DNA of 64,000 nucleotides from Carcharhinus amblyrhynchos (GCA_965287045.1 OZ336884.1:56482001-56546000), one strand, 5' to 3'; numbered from the stretch's first letter, positions 1 through 12,720 are shown. The notes: generated from the sequence alone by a model not told the origin. A program made the numbers and translations.

Positions 1-556
1 GGAAGTATGGTGGACATTCAGCCCATCAGCACTGTGCCAGCTGTTTGGAAGACCGATAAAGTTAATTTCAGTTCCTTTCTTCTTCCCATACTCCCAAATT
101 TTCTTTGTCCATCAAGTGTTTAACTAATTCCCTTTTGAAAGCTACTAGTGAATCTGTTTCCATAGCCCATCAAACATTCCAAATCCTAACCGTCCATTTG
201 CGTACGTTTTATTCCTCGTGTCATTTCTAGCCAAGAATGGATTTGAACTGGAGATGAGAATTTTATAATTGAATCAATACTGGCCAACGAGCACAAGGGT
301 GAATGCAATTTGGTGCGAATTAACATATGGACAGTAGAGTTTTGAATGAACTCAAGTTTATGGATGGCAGAATGTTCCCCATCAGACCCACGATGAATTG
401 TGACATCCCAGAATTTGCAGTAAAAGCTCTCACTTTGTGCTCTCAGGAATCCTATATTTCTGATTTTTTTGCTTAGAATGAAATGAATTACATTCTCATC
501 ACAGTTACTTTGAGCCCACATCCTTTAGCTACTTCTGGAAGGCAGCCGTGAAAAGG

Positions 557-601
557 CTGACAGCTCCGCTGAGATGTGCTTTAATGATAATTAGCTGTCA
601 G
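557..601. promoter_or_regulatory. Candidate homeodomain enhancer: inverted TGACAG pair around TAAT/TAATTA
   Basis: ctgacagct (557-565) and agctgtcag (593-601) form a 9-bp inverted repeat flanking ttaatgataattag, about 330 bp upstream of the first coding exon. Confidence 0.3.
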
Positions 602-949
602 AAGAGGGTTAGAGACAGACATTTAGATCACTCATGGCCAAAACAATGAACTACAAAACATTGAGAATGTAAACTAGAATGGGTAAAACTAATGACAAAA
701 CTCCATCAATGTCATTTTCAGGTTTTGTTAGCATGACAAAGCTGTAGACATAGCTAGTGTCATCTTCCACAGATGTATTGAGTGCTTTAAATATTCAATT
801 TGTAACATTAAGGGGACTATCATAAAGCAACTGTGAAGTATAAACTATAAACTAACACCATTAACTTAATATATGTATTCATTCTGAATTTGAATAAATT
901 GGTGGTGTTTTCTGTTTTTTACTCAGGTTCCCAGCTTCTTTAATTCCTG

Positions 950-1219
950 ATGGCATCCTTTGGAATGGTTCAATTTGTCAACTTTACAGACCCATTTCTT
1001 GGTTGGCCTAATTCAACTGATCGTGATCATCCACACAACTACTATGCTCTGTTTTTCTCGCTGCTAATCTTTGCCATCATATTTGGGAATGTATTGGTGT
1101 GCCTTGCAGTGCTGAGAGAAAAGTCCTTGCAAACGACTACAAACTATCTCGTTGTCAGCTTGGCAGTGGCAGACCTGCTTGTTGCCATCTTGGTGATGCC
1201 TTGGGTCGTGTACCTTGAG
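950..1219 (+). CDS. DRD3: Dopamine D3 receptor, coding exon 1 (N-terminus, TM1-TM2)
   Basis: MASFG...PHNYYAL...[45 protein letters not shown]. Acceptor AG at 925-926 upstream of the ATG, donor GAG|GTAAGA at 1220. 270 nt, as in mammalian DRD3. Confidence 0.95.
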
Positions 1220-1821
1220 GTAAGAGTGCATTTTAAAGTTTAGATTCATGTATCTATTTATTACTGTGCAGGCTTTTCTAGCATACTGCAATGTTGATAT
1301 TTTGATTAATAGGCTGGACGAGTATGGTTTTAATGACACTGATGTCCACTCAAAGTCAGATGTAGTATCAATCTGCTGGACCCCACCTCTGCATTCAGTT
1401 CAGTTTAACCTCCAGCTATAAAGCAGCACTCACTTCCAATTCCACACCCACTACACACTTCATTTGGCTATAATTTTAATCCATGTCTATCAAAACTCTT
1501 AACAGCTCACAACCTCTAAATTACTTTCTTTTCATTTGCTAGGAAATATTAAATAAATGACCCATTGTGTTTATTCAGATTAACATTCTTTGTAAAGTTA
1601 TGGTCCTTTCAAACATGTTTAACCTTCAAACTTCATATTTAAAATTGTCACGGTCTATGGATTAGAATAATCCTAGGGCAAGTTCAAGATTTTGCTTTAA
1701 TTGGACTTTTGGATGTTATCAGGATTCTGCTATTTCCTGCCCTACCTTTGTCTATTTTGTATTATAATTATCCAATTAATAGGACTGTGTAGAATGATAT
1801 TGTTATATTTGTATGGTGCAG

Positions 1822-2265
1822 AGCCTTAGCTCAGTGGTAGCACGTCTGCCTCTGATTGATATCAGAGTCAAAAAGTTACTTCAGAGATTATGGCAAAAAA
1901 TCTAAGTTGCTACTTCAGTATAGTACGGAATGAGTGCTGCATAGTTGGAGGTGTCATCTTTTGAATGAGATACTAAACTAAGGTCCAACTTACCTCTCAA
2001 GTGGATGTAAAGGATCCTGTGGCATCATTTAAAGAAACTTGGTTGAGTTCTTTTTGGTATCCTGGCCAATAGTTATCTCTCATCCAACAGCACTTAAACC
2101 AATAGTCTGGTCGGTATCACATTGCTGTCTGTGGGACCTTTGCTCTGTACAAATTGACTGACATATTCTCAACACAACACTTGGGCTTCAGTTTAGAAAA
2201 ACCAATGCTGTAAAGCATTTTCAGCTGTCTTGGGGTCATGTGACATGTCTCATCAATGCATGATT
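1822..2265 (+). mobile_element. Deu-domain tRNA-SINE (SacSINE1/AmnSINE-like)
   Basis: tRNA-like head (tagctcagtggtagcac), Deu core (ggaggtgtcatcttttgaatgagatactaaac...aaggatcctgtggca...tcctggccaat), L2-like tail. Related pieces at about 30885-31090, 49990-50290 and 54790-54990. Confidence 0.7.
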
Positions 2266-2334
2266 TCCTTAACATGTCAGGGTGTTTTTTAAAATCTCAC
2301 ATTTATCAAATTTAAGCAGTTTCCCATTAATGAA

Positions 2335-2720
2335 TGGGGAGGTGGCAGCATAATGGTACTGTTGCTGGATTAGTAACCCAGAAGCACAGGGTAGTGCTCT
2401 GGGGGCCTGGGTTTGAATCCCACAGTAGATGGTGCAACTTGCATTCAAAAAAAAATGGAATTAAAAGTCTAGTGATGACTTTGAAACCATTGGTGACTGT
2501 CGTAAAAACCCAGTTGGTTCACTAAAGTCCTTTAGGAAAGGAAATCTGCCATCCTTACTTGGTCTGGCCTGTTTGTGACTCCAGATCTACATCAATGTGA
2601 TTGACTTAACCGTCCCCTGAAATGGCCCAGCAAGCCATTCAATTCAAGGATAATTAGGGATCGGCAACAAATTCTGACCCAGCCAGCAATGTTCACATCT
2701 TGTGAACGAATAAAACAATA
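2335..2720 (+). mobile_element. tRNA-derived SINE, second family
   Basis: A/B-box-like head (ggtggcagcataatggt...gggtttgaatccc), core ggttcactaa-gtccttta-ggaaggaaatctgcc. Tail shared with the LINE at 4830-5760 and 10440-11870. Other copies at 17250-17610 (+) and 40950-41300 (-). Confidence 0.75.
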
Positions 2721-3309
2721 CTGCAGCAAGAATATAATCAGTGTCCAAGCAAGCATTTATGTATTATTAGCTTGATGTGGAGCAACTAAGGATGAAACCA
2801 TCATTATTGATGATAATATGGGAGACAACATTCTGATAAAGAGGGCATTAGTCTCATTGTCTTCTCAGAATACTCTGAAAATGATTTACAGTCATTAACA
2901 AAGAAATAAACTAGTCTTACAGCACAGCAGAAACATTCTAAAAATGAACACAAAGTCTGGCACTTGCAATTTACAATAAGTCTTTTTCTCCCTATCATGA
3001 GGGAGCTGTATAGAATTACTTAATTGATAGGCAATCTTTATGATCTGAAAGCACACTCGGTCTGCAGTGTATAAATCTAGTCAGCCTATATCTCTCTCAC
3101 CAACGATTGCATGCACCAACACAAACTTTTGTAGTTAATATGCTTGAGCAGATAGGACCACGAGTCAAAATGCACAAATGAAAAGGAGCAGAGGAGATGC
3201 AAGAATCCTGTGACTGGATGAATATGTGTCTGCCATCAATGAACATGGTCATTGTGTGAAAATTCATATATGAATACTTTAGTGGAAAAACAGATGAAAA
3301 CATTGGTTA

Positions 3310-6300
3310 GGACATTAGGAACATAGGATGAGGAGGAGGCCATTTAGCCCCTTGAGCATGTTCCACCACTCAATGACAAAGAGGCTCACCGTTACTCATT
3401 GACAGAATTTATTGTCCCGCCTGCCACAGGAAATGGAGCAGGCAAAAGGTGGACCACGGAAAGCTTCATTGACCTCAGGTGGGATTTTACAGTTTTGGGA
3501 CGAGCAAGGCCGTAAATTCCCACCCATATCTCTTAATACCTTGGATAACAAAAATATATCACTCAATACTTTGGATGACAAAAGGTATCAATCCCAGATT
3601 TAAAATTTAGAATTGATCTAGCCTCAATTATCCTTTATGGAATCTACACTATCCTTTGCATAAAGAACTGCTTCATAATTTCATCGTTGAAAAGTCTAGT
3701 TCTAAATTTTAGACTATTTGCCTTTGATTCCCAAGCTAATGGAAATAGTTTCTCTCTGTCTACTCTGTCCCTTAACATCCCAAAAATGTCAATTTAATCA
3801 CTTTTCAACTATTGCAGAAAATATAACCCAGTTTGTCTTCTCTCTTCTCATAATGTGACCCTTGGAGCCCAGGTATGTTTCTGGCAAATCCAGGTTGCAT
3901 TTCTTTCAGGCCAATCTATTTTCCCTAACGTGTGATGCCTGGAATTACTCAAAAGTATGTCAGAAGTGGTCAAACCTGAGTTTTGATTAGCTGAAGTGAT
4001 TTCTGCCCCCTTCTTCCCTAGTTCTTTAGATAAAAAAGAACAGCATTTAATACACTTTTTTTGTATCTCTTAATGGCATTTTAATGATCCAAGTACATAT
4101 GATTTCTCATGTCTTTTGGGACTTCTTTAGTTCCTAGCTTTCACCATTTACAAAATACTCAGTTCTATCCTATTTAGGTCTAAAGTGGTGGATGACTTCA
4201 CATTTGCCAACATGAAACTTTACCCTGTTTGCTACAGTTTTGCTTATTCACTTAATCTATCATTATCTCTTTGTAATTTCATGTCTCCATATACACTGCT
4301 TACAATAAGACCCAGCCCTGTGCAGTTGGAAAAGCTGAATATGTGGCTTCCTATCCTGTCATCTAAGCAGTTGATAAATATAGTGAATATTTGAGGCAAC
4401 AGCACAGATTCTTGTAGGAATTCACCTCCATTCACATCCTGCCAATCGGTTCATTGCCTTTACCTTCTGTCTTCCGCCCCTCAATCAATTTCCTAACTAG
4501 GTCAAGATTTGCTTTCAATTTCAAGGCATCAGTTTCAGTTAACTGCCTCTTGAAAGGGGCTTTATCAAATGTCTTAAGAACTCCATTTGAATAACATTCA
4601 TAGGCATGCCCTTGTCGACTACTTTCATCACCTCTTAAAAAATTCCAGGTTTGTCAGGCATGACTTATTCTTTGAAAAACTATATTGACTCTCTCTAATC
4701 AGCTGAAAACTTTTAATGTGTTCAGTTACTTCATCCATACAAATTCTGGCAATTTACTGGCAATAGATGTTAGGCTACCTGGTCCATCAATTCTTGGTTT
4801 CCTTCTTTCAACTTTTTAAAATAAAGACTTTTTAAATTCATTTGTGGGAAGTCAGTGTTGCTGGCTAGGCCAACATTCATTGCTCATCCCAAAGTGGTGG
4901 TGAGATGATTTCTTGAACCACTGCAGTCCACATTGTGTAGATAAACCCACAGCGCTGTTAGGGAGGGAGTTCCAAGATTTTGACCCAGTGACAATGAAGG
5001 AAAGATGATATGTTTCCAAGTCTGGCTGGTTAGGGACTTGGAGGGGAACTTGCATGTGTCTGCTGTCCTTGTCCTTCTAGGTGGTAGTGATCATGGGTTT
5101 AGAAAGTGCTGTCTAAGGAATCTTGGTGAGTTACTGCAGTGCATCTTGTAGATGATACACATTGTTGCCAAGGTACATTGGTGGTGGAAGGAAGGGATGT
5201 TTGTAATTGGCACTTCAATCAAGGAGACTGCCTTATCCTGTGGTCAAGTCTTGAGTATTATTAGAACTGCATGCATTCAGACAAGGGGAGAGTATTTCAC
5301 CACATTCCTGACTTGTGCATTGTAGATGATAGACAGGTTTTAGGGAGGCAGGAGGTGAATTACTTGCTACAGGTTTCCTAGTCTCTGACCTACTCTTATA
5401 GCCACAGTATTTATATTGCTAGACTCGTTCAGTTTCTGATCACTGGTAACCCCAGGATGTTGATGGTTGGGGATTCAGCAATATTAATGCTATTGAAAGT
5501 CAAGGGATGAAGGTTAAATTCTCTCTTGTTGGAGATGTTCATTGTCTGGCACTTGGGTAGCACACCAAATTTTACTTGCTACTTGTTAGCCCAAGGCTTG
5601 ATATTTTCCGTGCCTTGCTGCATTTGAACATGTCTGCTTCAGTATCTGGGGAGTTGCAAATGAAGCAGAACTTTGTGTAATCATCAGTGAACATTCCCAC
5701 TTCTGACCTTATTTTGACGATACAGCTGAAGATGGAGGGACCTGAGGAATACGCTGGAGTGTGCAATTTTCCAGTCTAAAGGAATGAATCATAAAGCAAG
5801 GCAACTTTGGAAATTAGAGTTGGGGTTTTTCAATGTTCTCATCCACTTTCTTTAAAAACCCTGGGATAGAAACCATCTTATCCTAGGATCTTATTCCTCT
5901 TTAGTTCGATTATTTTCTTAATTGCTGTTATTTTGCTATGTTAATAAGATTCAGTATAAATCTCCATGGGCATGCTGACCTCTTTCTCTATTGTAAGCAC
6001 TGATGCAAAGTAATTATTCAACTTTCATTATTTCCTTCATTATACCACCATTATCAAGGAATCCACACTGCTCCTGGCCACATCCAGTTTCCTAATATAA
6101 TTGTAAAACATTTTGTGTTGTTTTGATATCGCCAGCAAATTACTTTTCATACCCCTTTTGTAGTTCTTACCGAATGCCCATTGCTATTGGTTTTATCTTT
6201 GCTATTTGCCTGGATCTATTCTTTTTGCATTTTGCATGCTTTTTCTTCAAATTTTCTGTTGTCTCTTCTTTCTTTAGTCATCCATGACTTTGGCAAACAA

Positions 6301-6560
6301 AGCTTTCACCCTTTAGGCATATAAGCTGGTTCTGTAACATATTAAATTATTTTTTAACACCTCCCACTAATCTTCTGTCATTTACCCTTAAGAAATTTGT
6401 TCAATTTACTGTGGACAACTCTGCCTCAGCACACTGAAGACAGCCTTCCAAATTTGGAATCATAATATCTGTTCCACATTCCTCTCTTTCAAATGTGGAC
6501 ACTGAATTCAATCATATTACAATCATTCACTATTAAGCTGAAGACTAAACCCAACTCAGT
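3310..6560 (-). mobile_element. Degraded CR1 LINE (RT region to 3' tail), interrupted by a MITE and another LINE
   Basis: CR1 tail (aggaacatagga...ggccatttagcccc) at about 3320, RT remnant VLLPQIFTIFINCLD at 4244-4435, sequence resumes after 5760. Confidence 0.7.
4830..5760 (-). mobile_element. CR1/L2-group LINE 3' fragment nested in the CR1
   Basis: RT remnant GPSIFSC...GMFTDD, C-terminal SKSWNSLPNS, 3' tail like the second SINE family. Confidence 0.65.
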
Positions 6561-7099
6561 CCTCTTTGTTAAATTAATACGGTGTGGTCTAATAGATAGG
6601 GCTGGATTTTCATCATGGAGATGATATTCAGGAGTCAGGTGTTTTCCTGATGTCACAAGTATGCCTTCTTCCTGCCTGTCTTGACCATGCCTACAGCGGT
6701 TAGATTGAAGTGGGTAGATGTGACAGGATTAATTGGCCAATTCTGGAGCACCCCGTAACCCTCACTCACCACCCCTTCAATCTCACTCTCTTATCCTTCA
6801 ACTTCCTTTCCATTATTATCCCCTTCACACATCTCCCTTATACCCCTTATCCTATAACCTCCTCAATCCCTACTCCATCACTCCCTCCCTCACTCCCAAC
6901 CTATTTACCTACGTTTTACTATATACATAACTCAGAAAGCTTACAATAACATTTGGAAGACCTTGAAAAGCTCATAAATCTGTAAAAATAAACAAGGTTT
7001 ACTTGAATGGCAGTTAAGAATATTATCCCCTTCAGAAACTCTAAAATCTGTCAAAATAAACAACTCACATTTCTCCTGTATAAACAATCACAAAAGCAG

Positions 7100-7620
7100 A
7101 GTACTGTTGAAAGAAGACATTTTGTCAAAACGTTTCATCTTGTACTCATCAGGACAATTGCAAGAATACCAATGCCAGTGGACTCTGACTGGTAGAGATG
7201 ATCCATGGAAAATGCACCAGTTGTTGGTAACTGGTAGTTAACTATTAAGCTTGGTTTGAAATTTAAACCAAGCAGTTTGAATCTGGTCAAGGCATTGCCC
7301 TGAGGAAAGAAGCAGCAAATGGCAATCACTTATTTTTTTCACCTGAAACAGGTGAAATGTGTGTACATGTTCATTTGGTCTGCAAAGAACAGGGTTCTGT
7401 GTATTAATAGATGTAGTTTTCAATACATGCAAATGCGTCACACTGCAAGCCCAACTGATGATCTTAAATTGGTTTTCAGCATAATATTCAGCACACTGAG
7501 GATGATTTAGCAAATATTTCCTAAATATTGAATCACATCCAATATTAGATACTGTTTTTTGTGTTTTGCAAGCAGGGGCATGTTCAGTACGGTCTATATG
7601 CTCTTTGTTATGATCCTTGG
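7100..7620 (-). mobile_element. Penelope-like element 3' fragment (GIY-YIG C-terminus and terminal repeat)
   Basis: LLNHPQCA...QFKIIS...HLHVL...NTQNPVLCR...HVHTFHLF resembles a PLE endonuclease C-terminus and is followed by a hammerhead core. Confidence 0.65.
7123..7156 (-). ncRNA. Degenerate minimal type I hammerhead ribozyme (PLE-associated)
   Basis: Minus strand: TGTC-CTGATGA-gtacaagat-GAAA-cgtttt-GACA, with stem I closing both conserved boxes. Confidence 0.6.
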
Positions 7621-7839
7621 CCTATATTCATAAAATCACACTGTAACTGGAATCCACACACCATGTTGTTAATTTGTGTGTTAGTTAGAACATCTTTTTA
7701 GCTTGACAGCAGCATCCTATTAGTGATGAATACCACTCTTACATAGTCGCAGCGTAAAGATCAGATAGTCATCAAAATATTAAAACAGCTAACAGATGGC
7801 TGAGGTGTTTAATGAAGATTTAGTGAAAAATCTTTTCAA

Positions 7840-8130
7840 AGCACAGTGGCAAGCATGGATTCCTCATGGTGCCAGGGGCCTGAGTTTGATTCTGACCAAG
7901 ATGATGATCTATGTGGAGTTTGCACATTCTCCCTGTGTCTGCGTGGATTTCTTCTAGGCACTCCTATTTCCTCCCACAGTCCAGAAGATATGCAAGTTAG
8001 GTGGATTGGCCATGATCAATGCACAGGGTTACAAGCATACAGTGTGGGCATGGATAGAGTGCTCTTTCGGAGGGTCAGTGCAGATGCAGTGGACTGAATG
8101 GCCTCATTCTGCGCTGCAGAGATTCTATGG
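7840..8130 (+). mobile_element. HE1/V-SINE
   Basis: V-domain ggagtttgcacattctccctgtgtctgcgtgg...tttcctcccacagtcca; CR1-type tail ending gattctatg. Confidence 0.8.
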
Positions 8131-8409
8131 GAGAGTGTAAGCAATCAATTATGGATCTGACACCAGGTTATACTGTCAGGATTCCACAATGCAGACTAAC
8201 ACTCTAGTCTAGTTGGTACTCTATCCTAATGCATCCAAAGATTTTTCTACTTCTATAATGATGTTCTTTCACTTAACAGCTTACCAACTGTCAGAAGTAA
8301 CAACCTTAGAACCAATTTATTTAAAGATCACTTAACTTTTCCAATCACAACACTCACTTTAGTAAACAGATATAACTCAGACCACTGCATTTCACAAAGA
8401 ACTGTGAAA

Positions 8410-9148
8410 GAACTTCCCCAACAGTCTTGCCTGGTGATTGTCGAGCAGTGTTCATTTATCCATTGTCGTAGTGTCTACGTGGTCTCCCCAATGTACCATG
8501 CCTCGGGACATCCTTTCCTGCAGCATATCAGGTAGACAACATTGGCTGAGTTGCAAGAGTATGTACCGTGTACCTGGTGGATGCTACGACAATGGATGAA
8601 TGAACATCACTCGACCATCACCAGGCAAGGCTGTTCTCTTCCTGTTGGCGAACACTTCAGTAGTCACAGGCATTCGGCTTCTGGTCTTGGGTAAATGTTC
8701 TCCAATTCGGACTTCACGACATACGACTGCACAGAGTCACTCAACAGACTGCTGAGTTCCGCACACAAGAGGATGGCCTCAACCAGGATCCTTAGGTTCA
8801 TGTCACGCTATTTGTAACCCCCATGAGTTGCCTGGGCTTGCAAAATCTCACTTACTGTCCTACCCGGAGACAATACACATCTCTTTAACCTATGCTTATT
8901 GCTATCTCCACTCACATTGTCTGCAGCTTTAAGACTTGATTAGCTGTAAAGACTCACATTCTAATCAGTATTCTGTAAACTGTGTGTGTGCCTTTATATG
9001 CTCTGTTTATGATCAGAACTCCCCACTCACCTGATGAAGGGACAAACTCTGAAAGCTAGTGGCATTTGCTACCAAATAAACCTGTTGGCCTTTAACCTGG
9101 TGTTATGAGACTTCTTATCCCAGTCCAACACCAGCATCTCCACATCAG
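8410..9148 (+). mobile_element. Penelope-like element fragment with 5' inversion
   Basis: 8410-8580 on minus reads HQVHGTYSCNSANVVYLICCRKGCPEAWYIGET (GIY-YIG). From 8584 the plus strand continues LRQWMNEHHSTITRQGCSLPVGEHFSSH. The 3' repeat contains a hammerhead core and AATAAA. Confidence 0.85.
9028..9061 (+). ncRNA. Minimal type I hammerhead ribozyme (PLE-associated, partly degraded)
   Basis: CAC-CTGATGA-agggacaaactct-GAAA-gcta-GTG, with palindromic AGCT at stem III. Confidence 0.7.
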
Positions 9149-9496
9149 CACTGCAAATAGCCAGAGGCAGAAACGTGGGCAGGACTTCCACAGCTAGGCT
9201 ACGGTGGTGACCGTTTTATTTTTCTGGCCCATAATGTTACAGAAAACTATCCCAGCATACTTTGTAAATCACTACCTTTTTAACAACAGCAAACCTACTT
9301 GTTCCAAGCTGTGTGCAAGTTGAAATCCTTTATTATGAACATCCTGCCTTTGCCACATGCTTTACTAATCTCATATATTTATGAATTCTATTAATGGTTG
9401 CTCCCAGGGCCATATACATAACTTCCACTACAACCCTACTGGCTGATGACGGCAATTAGTTTCAATCTCTACCGTGCCTGTCGAGAACAACCTATA

Positions 9497-9623
9497 GGAT
9501 GGAACTTTCCCGACTCACCCACCACGAGAATCATTGCGAGTGAGGGGCAGTCCGTGCAAAGGTCCATTGACCTGAGGCAGGATTTTCCCGTCTTGGAGGC
9601 GAGTGTGGCTGGAAATCCCACCC
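9497..9623. mobile_element. About 125-bp Harbinger-type MITE
   Basis: Imperfect TIRs ggatggaactttcc / ggaaatcccaccc with a 3-bp direct repeat ATA on both sides. Relatives at about 3400-3525 and 50501-50624. Confidence 0.65.
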
Positions 9624-9916
9624 ATAGTCAATAACAGCTGCAATTGATGCAGATTGCCTGGTGCCTGGTGTTCTCCCTAACATTGCTTCTTTCATCTTAT
9701 TCCCTTCAACCATGAAGTACCATAACTTCCGGTCTTTATGATTCTCTTAACAACTGGTTAATAGGAATCGTGTGCAAATTTAACAAGGAAAAAGGCCACA
9801 ATGATAATTGAGTGTGTATGATTGTAAAGTGGACCAGATTGTAAACTGAAGGAGAAATGCTGAAGGGATTGTAATGTTAATGCCAAATTACATTGCAGCA
9901 AGGAGGATCATGAATT

Positions 9917-10259
9917 CCATAGAAAAACCATAGAAACCCAACAGTGCAGAAAGAGACCATTCGGCCCATCGAGTCTGCACTGACAACAATCCCACCCAGG
10001 CCCTATCCCCCTATCTCTACATATTTACCTGCTAATCCCTCTAACCTACGCATCCCGGGATACTAAGGGGCAATTTAGCTTGGCCAATCCACCTAATCCA
10101 CACATTTTTGGGCTGTGGGAGGAAACTGGAGCACCCAGAGGAAACCCACGCAGACACAGGGAGAATGTGCAAACTTCACACCGACCCAAGCCGGGAATTG
10201 AACCCAGGTCCCTAGAGCTGTGAGGCAACAGTGCTAACCACTGTGCTACCGTGCCACCC
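9917..10259 (-). mobile_element. HE1/V-SINE, full length
   Basis: tRNA head gggtggcacggtagcacagtggttagcactg, V-domain, CR1-type tail with ttctatg-type repeats. Confidence 0.9.
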
Positions 10260-10439
10260 CATAAAGGTTAAAAGCAAGGCCCATTCATATTTCATTCCAT
10301 TTTATATTAGCAGATTGAGTTGTCCACAACCATTGACAAATAATGATTGTGAAAGCAGGATAGACAAAGCACCATACTTCATACAAACTTTAGATGAGCC
10401 TTTGGAATTAGTGTGTGAAAATTCAGATATATGAATGCT

Positions 10440-11870
10440 TACTAGCTTCCCCATCCATTTCCTTTTTCTGCTCTATTAATTAAGGCATTGGCTTGAAATT
10501 GCTCAAATATACCCATCCACCAAAAGCAGGACATTCTGTCCAGCCAAATACCACCCCATCAGTCTGCTCTCAAACATCAGAGAAAAAATAAAAAGGTGTT
10601 GTCAACGGTGCAGACAAGCAGCACTTACACAACAACAACCTATTCAGTTTGGGTTTCATGAGGGCCACTCAACTCCTGATCTCATTACAGCCTTGGTCCA
10701 AACATGGCCAGAAGAGTTGAATTCCAGAGGTGAGGTGAGAGTGACTGCACTCACCATTAAGACATCATTTGATTATGGCATCAAAGGGCCTGAACAAAAT
10801 TTAAGTTGATGGGAATCGGGGGAACTCTCCACTAGCACAAAGGAAGATGGTTGTGGTGGTTGGAGGTCAATCATCTTCATCCAAGGACATCACTGCAGGA
10901 ATTCCCTAGGAGTGCCCTAGGACCAACCCTTTTCTGCTGCTTCATCAATGACCTTTCCTCTAACACAAAGTGAAAAGTGGGCTTGTTCACTGATGATTGC
11001 ATAGTGATCAGTTTGACTCCCCAGATGCTGAAGCAGTCCAGGTTTCTGTGTAGTAAAACCTGGACAACATTCATAATTGTAACATTTGTGCCACACAAGT
11101 GCCAGGCAATGACTATCGCCAATAAGAGAGAACCAAACCATCTCTTCTTGACATTCAATGGAATCATCATCACTAAATCTCCTGCCATCCTGTGAGTTAC
11201 CATTGACCAGAAGATTAACTGGACTAGCCATACAAATACTGTGGCTACCAGAGCAGATCAGGTGCTATGAATTCTATTGAGAGTAACTCATCTCCTGACT
11301 CCCTGCCCACCATTGACAAGGCACAAATCAGGTGTCTGATGGAATTCTCACCAGTTTCTTGGGTGAGTGCAGATCCAACAACACTCAAGAAGGTCAACAC
11401 CATCCAGGACAAAGCAGTCTGATCAAACAGCATCCCATCTCCACCTTCAACATTCAAACAAAAGCAGAATACTGTGAATGCTGGAGATCTGAAATAAAAA
11501 CAAAGCGCTGGAAATGGAGCTAACATGGATATGACCTCCAATTTCGAAGAGTCATATTAGACTCAAATCAGTGACTCTGTCTCTCTCCCCATAGGTCCTG
11601 CCAGACCCATTGAGATTTTCCAGCACTTTGTTTTTATACCTTAAACATTCACTCTCTCCACTACTGAACTAAAACAATGTGGCAGCAGAGTGTACCATAT
11701 ACAAAATGCACTGAAGCAACCACCTGCAACTTCTCATCCAAGTCACACACCAATCTGACTTAGAACAATATTGCCATTCCATCACTATCAACAGGTCAAA
11801 TCTCTCTTTCTAACACTGTGGGTGTACCGACTGGCCAGCAACGCTCATATCCCATAAAAGAATGAAAAGA
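10440..11870 (+). mobile_element. CR1/L2-group LINE RT fragment, interrupted by a PLE-end remnant
   Basis: QFGF...PQE...LGPTLFCCFINDL...GLFTDDC remnants; same family as 4830-5760. Confidence 0.7.
11455..11637. mobile_element. Inverted Penelope-like terminal-repeat remnant
   Basis: ataaaaacaaagcgctggaaa ... tttccagcactttgtttttat inverted ends, with an eroded hammerhead-like gaagagtcatattagactcaaa. Confidence 0.5.
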
Positions 11871-11924
11871 AACATCTCATTCAAACAGAATTTCATTTGA
11901 AAGCCTTAAGGATGCAGATTTATG

Positions 11925-12720
11925 CTAATTGCAAAAGAACCAGAGGGAAGATTTGTTTTGTTTTACACAGCGAGTTGTTATGATCTGGAATGCACTGCCT
12001 GAAAGGGTGGTGAAAGCAGATTCAATCGCAACGTTCTAAACGGATTTGTACGCATACTTGAAGGGGAAATATTTGCAGGACTATGAGGAAATGGTTGGGC
12101 AATAGAACTCATTGGGTAAATCTTTCAAAGAATCGGCACAGACAAGATAGGCCAATAGTTTCCCTCTGTGCTGCGTTATATGAATCTAAATCAAGGATTG
12201 GCAACATCCATCTCCAGAGCCATGTACAGTTTTTTAACATCTCACAGGAACATAGGACCATTGTATAGAAGGTGTAGGCCATTCTGCCCCTCAAGCCCAC
12301 ACTGCCATTCAATGAGATCCTGGCTGAACTTCTAAGCTATTTTCCTGCACTATCCTCATACCTTTGATGCCTCACTCTATCACTCTGTTTTAAATATACT
12401 CAATGATTAAGTCTCTAGAGCTGTCTGAGATAGAGAATTCCAAAGATTCACAACATTGGGAGTGAAGAAATTCCTCCTCATCTCAGTCCTAAGTGGCCTT
12501 CCCCTTATCCTGAGGCTGTGTGCCCTGATTCTAGACGCCAGCCCCAGCCCCAGCCCTAACCACCAGCACCACCACCACCCCACCCCGCTCCCACCTGTGG
12601 AAACATCCTTTCTGTCGATCCCTGTAAGGATTTTCACCCCTCAATGCGATCACCTCTCATTCTTCTAAACTCTTGAGAATTCAGGCTCAGTCTCCTCAGT
12701 CTCTCCTTCCACCATTCCTG
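11925..12720. mobile_element. Two CR1 3' fragments, tail to tail (11925-12190 +, 12245-12720 -)
   Basis: FTQRVVMIWNALP on plus and RGRPLRTEMRRNFFT.NVVNLWNSL on minus, both CR1 ORF2 C-terminal motifs. Confidence 0.75.

Noticed and set aside
3526-3583. About 30-bp tandem duplication (ISLNTLD twice in the ORF track)
   Set aside because: Two-unit local slippage inside a CR1 tail next to a MITE; not CRISPR-like and not coding.
9917-10259. tRNA genes
   Set aside because: The A/B-box-like sequences are SINE heads joined to V, Deu or other bodies; no cloverleaf.
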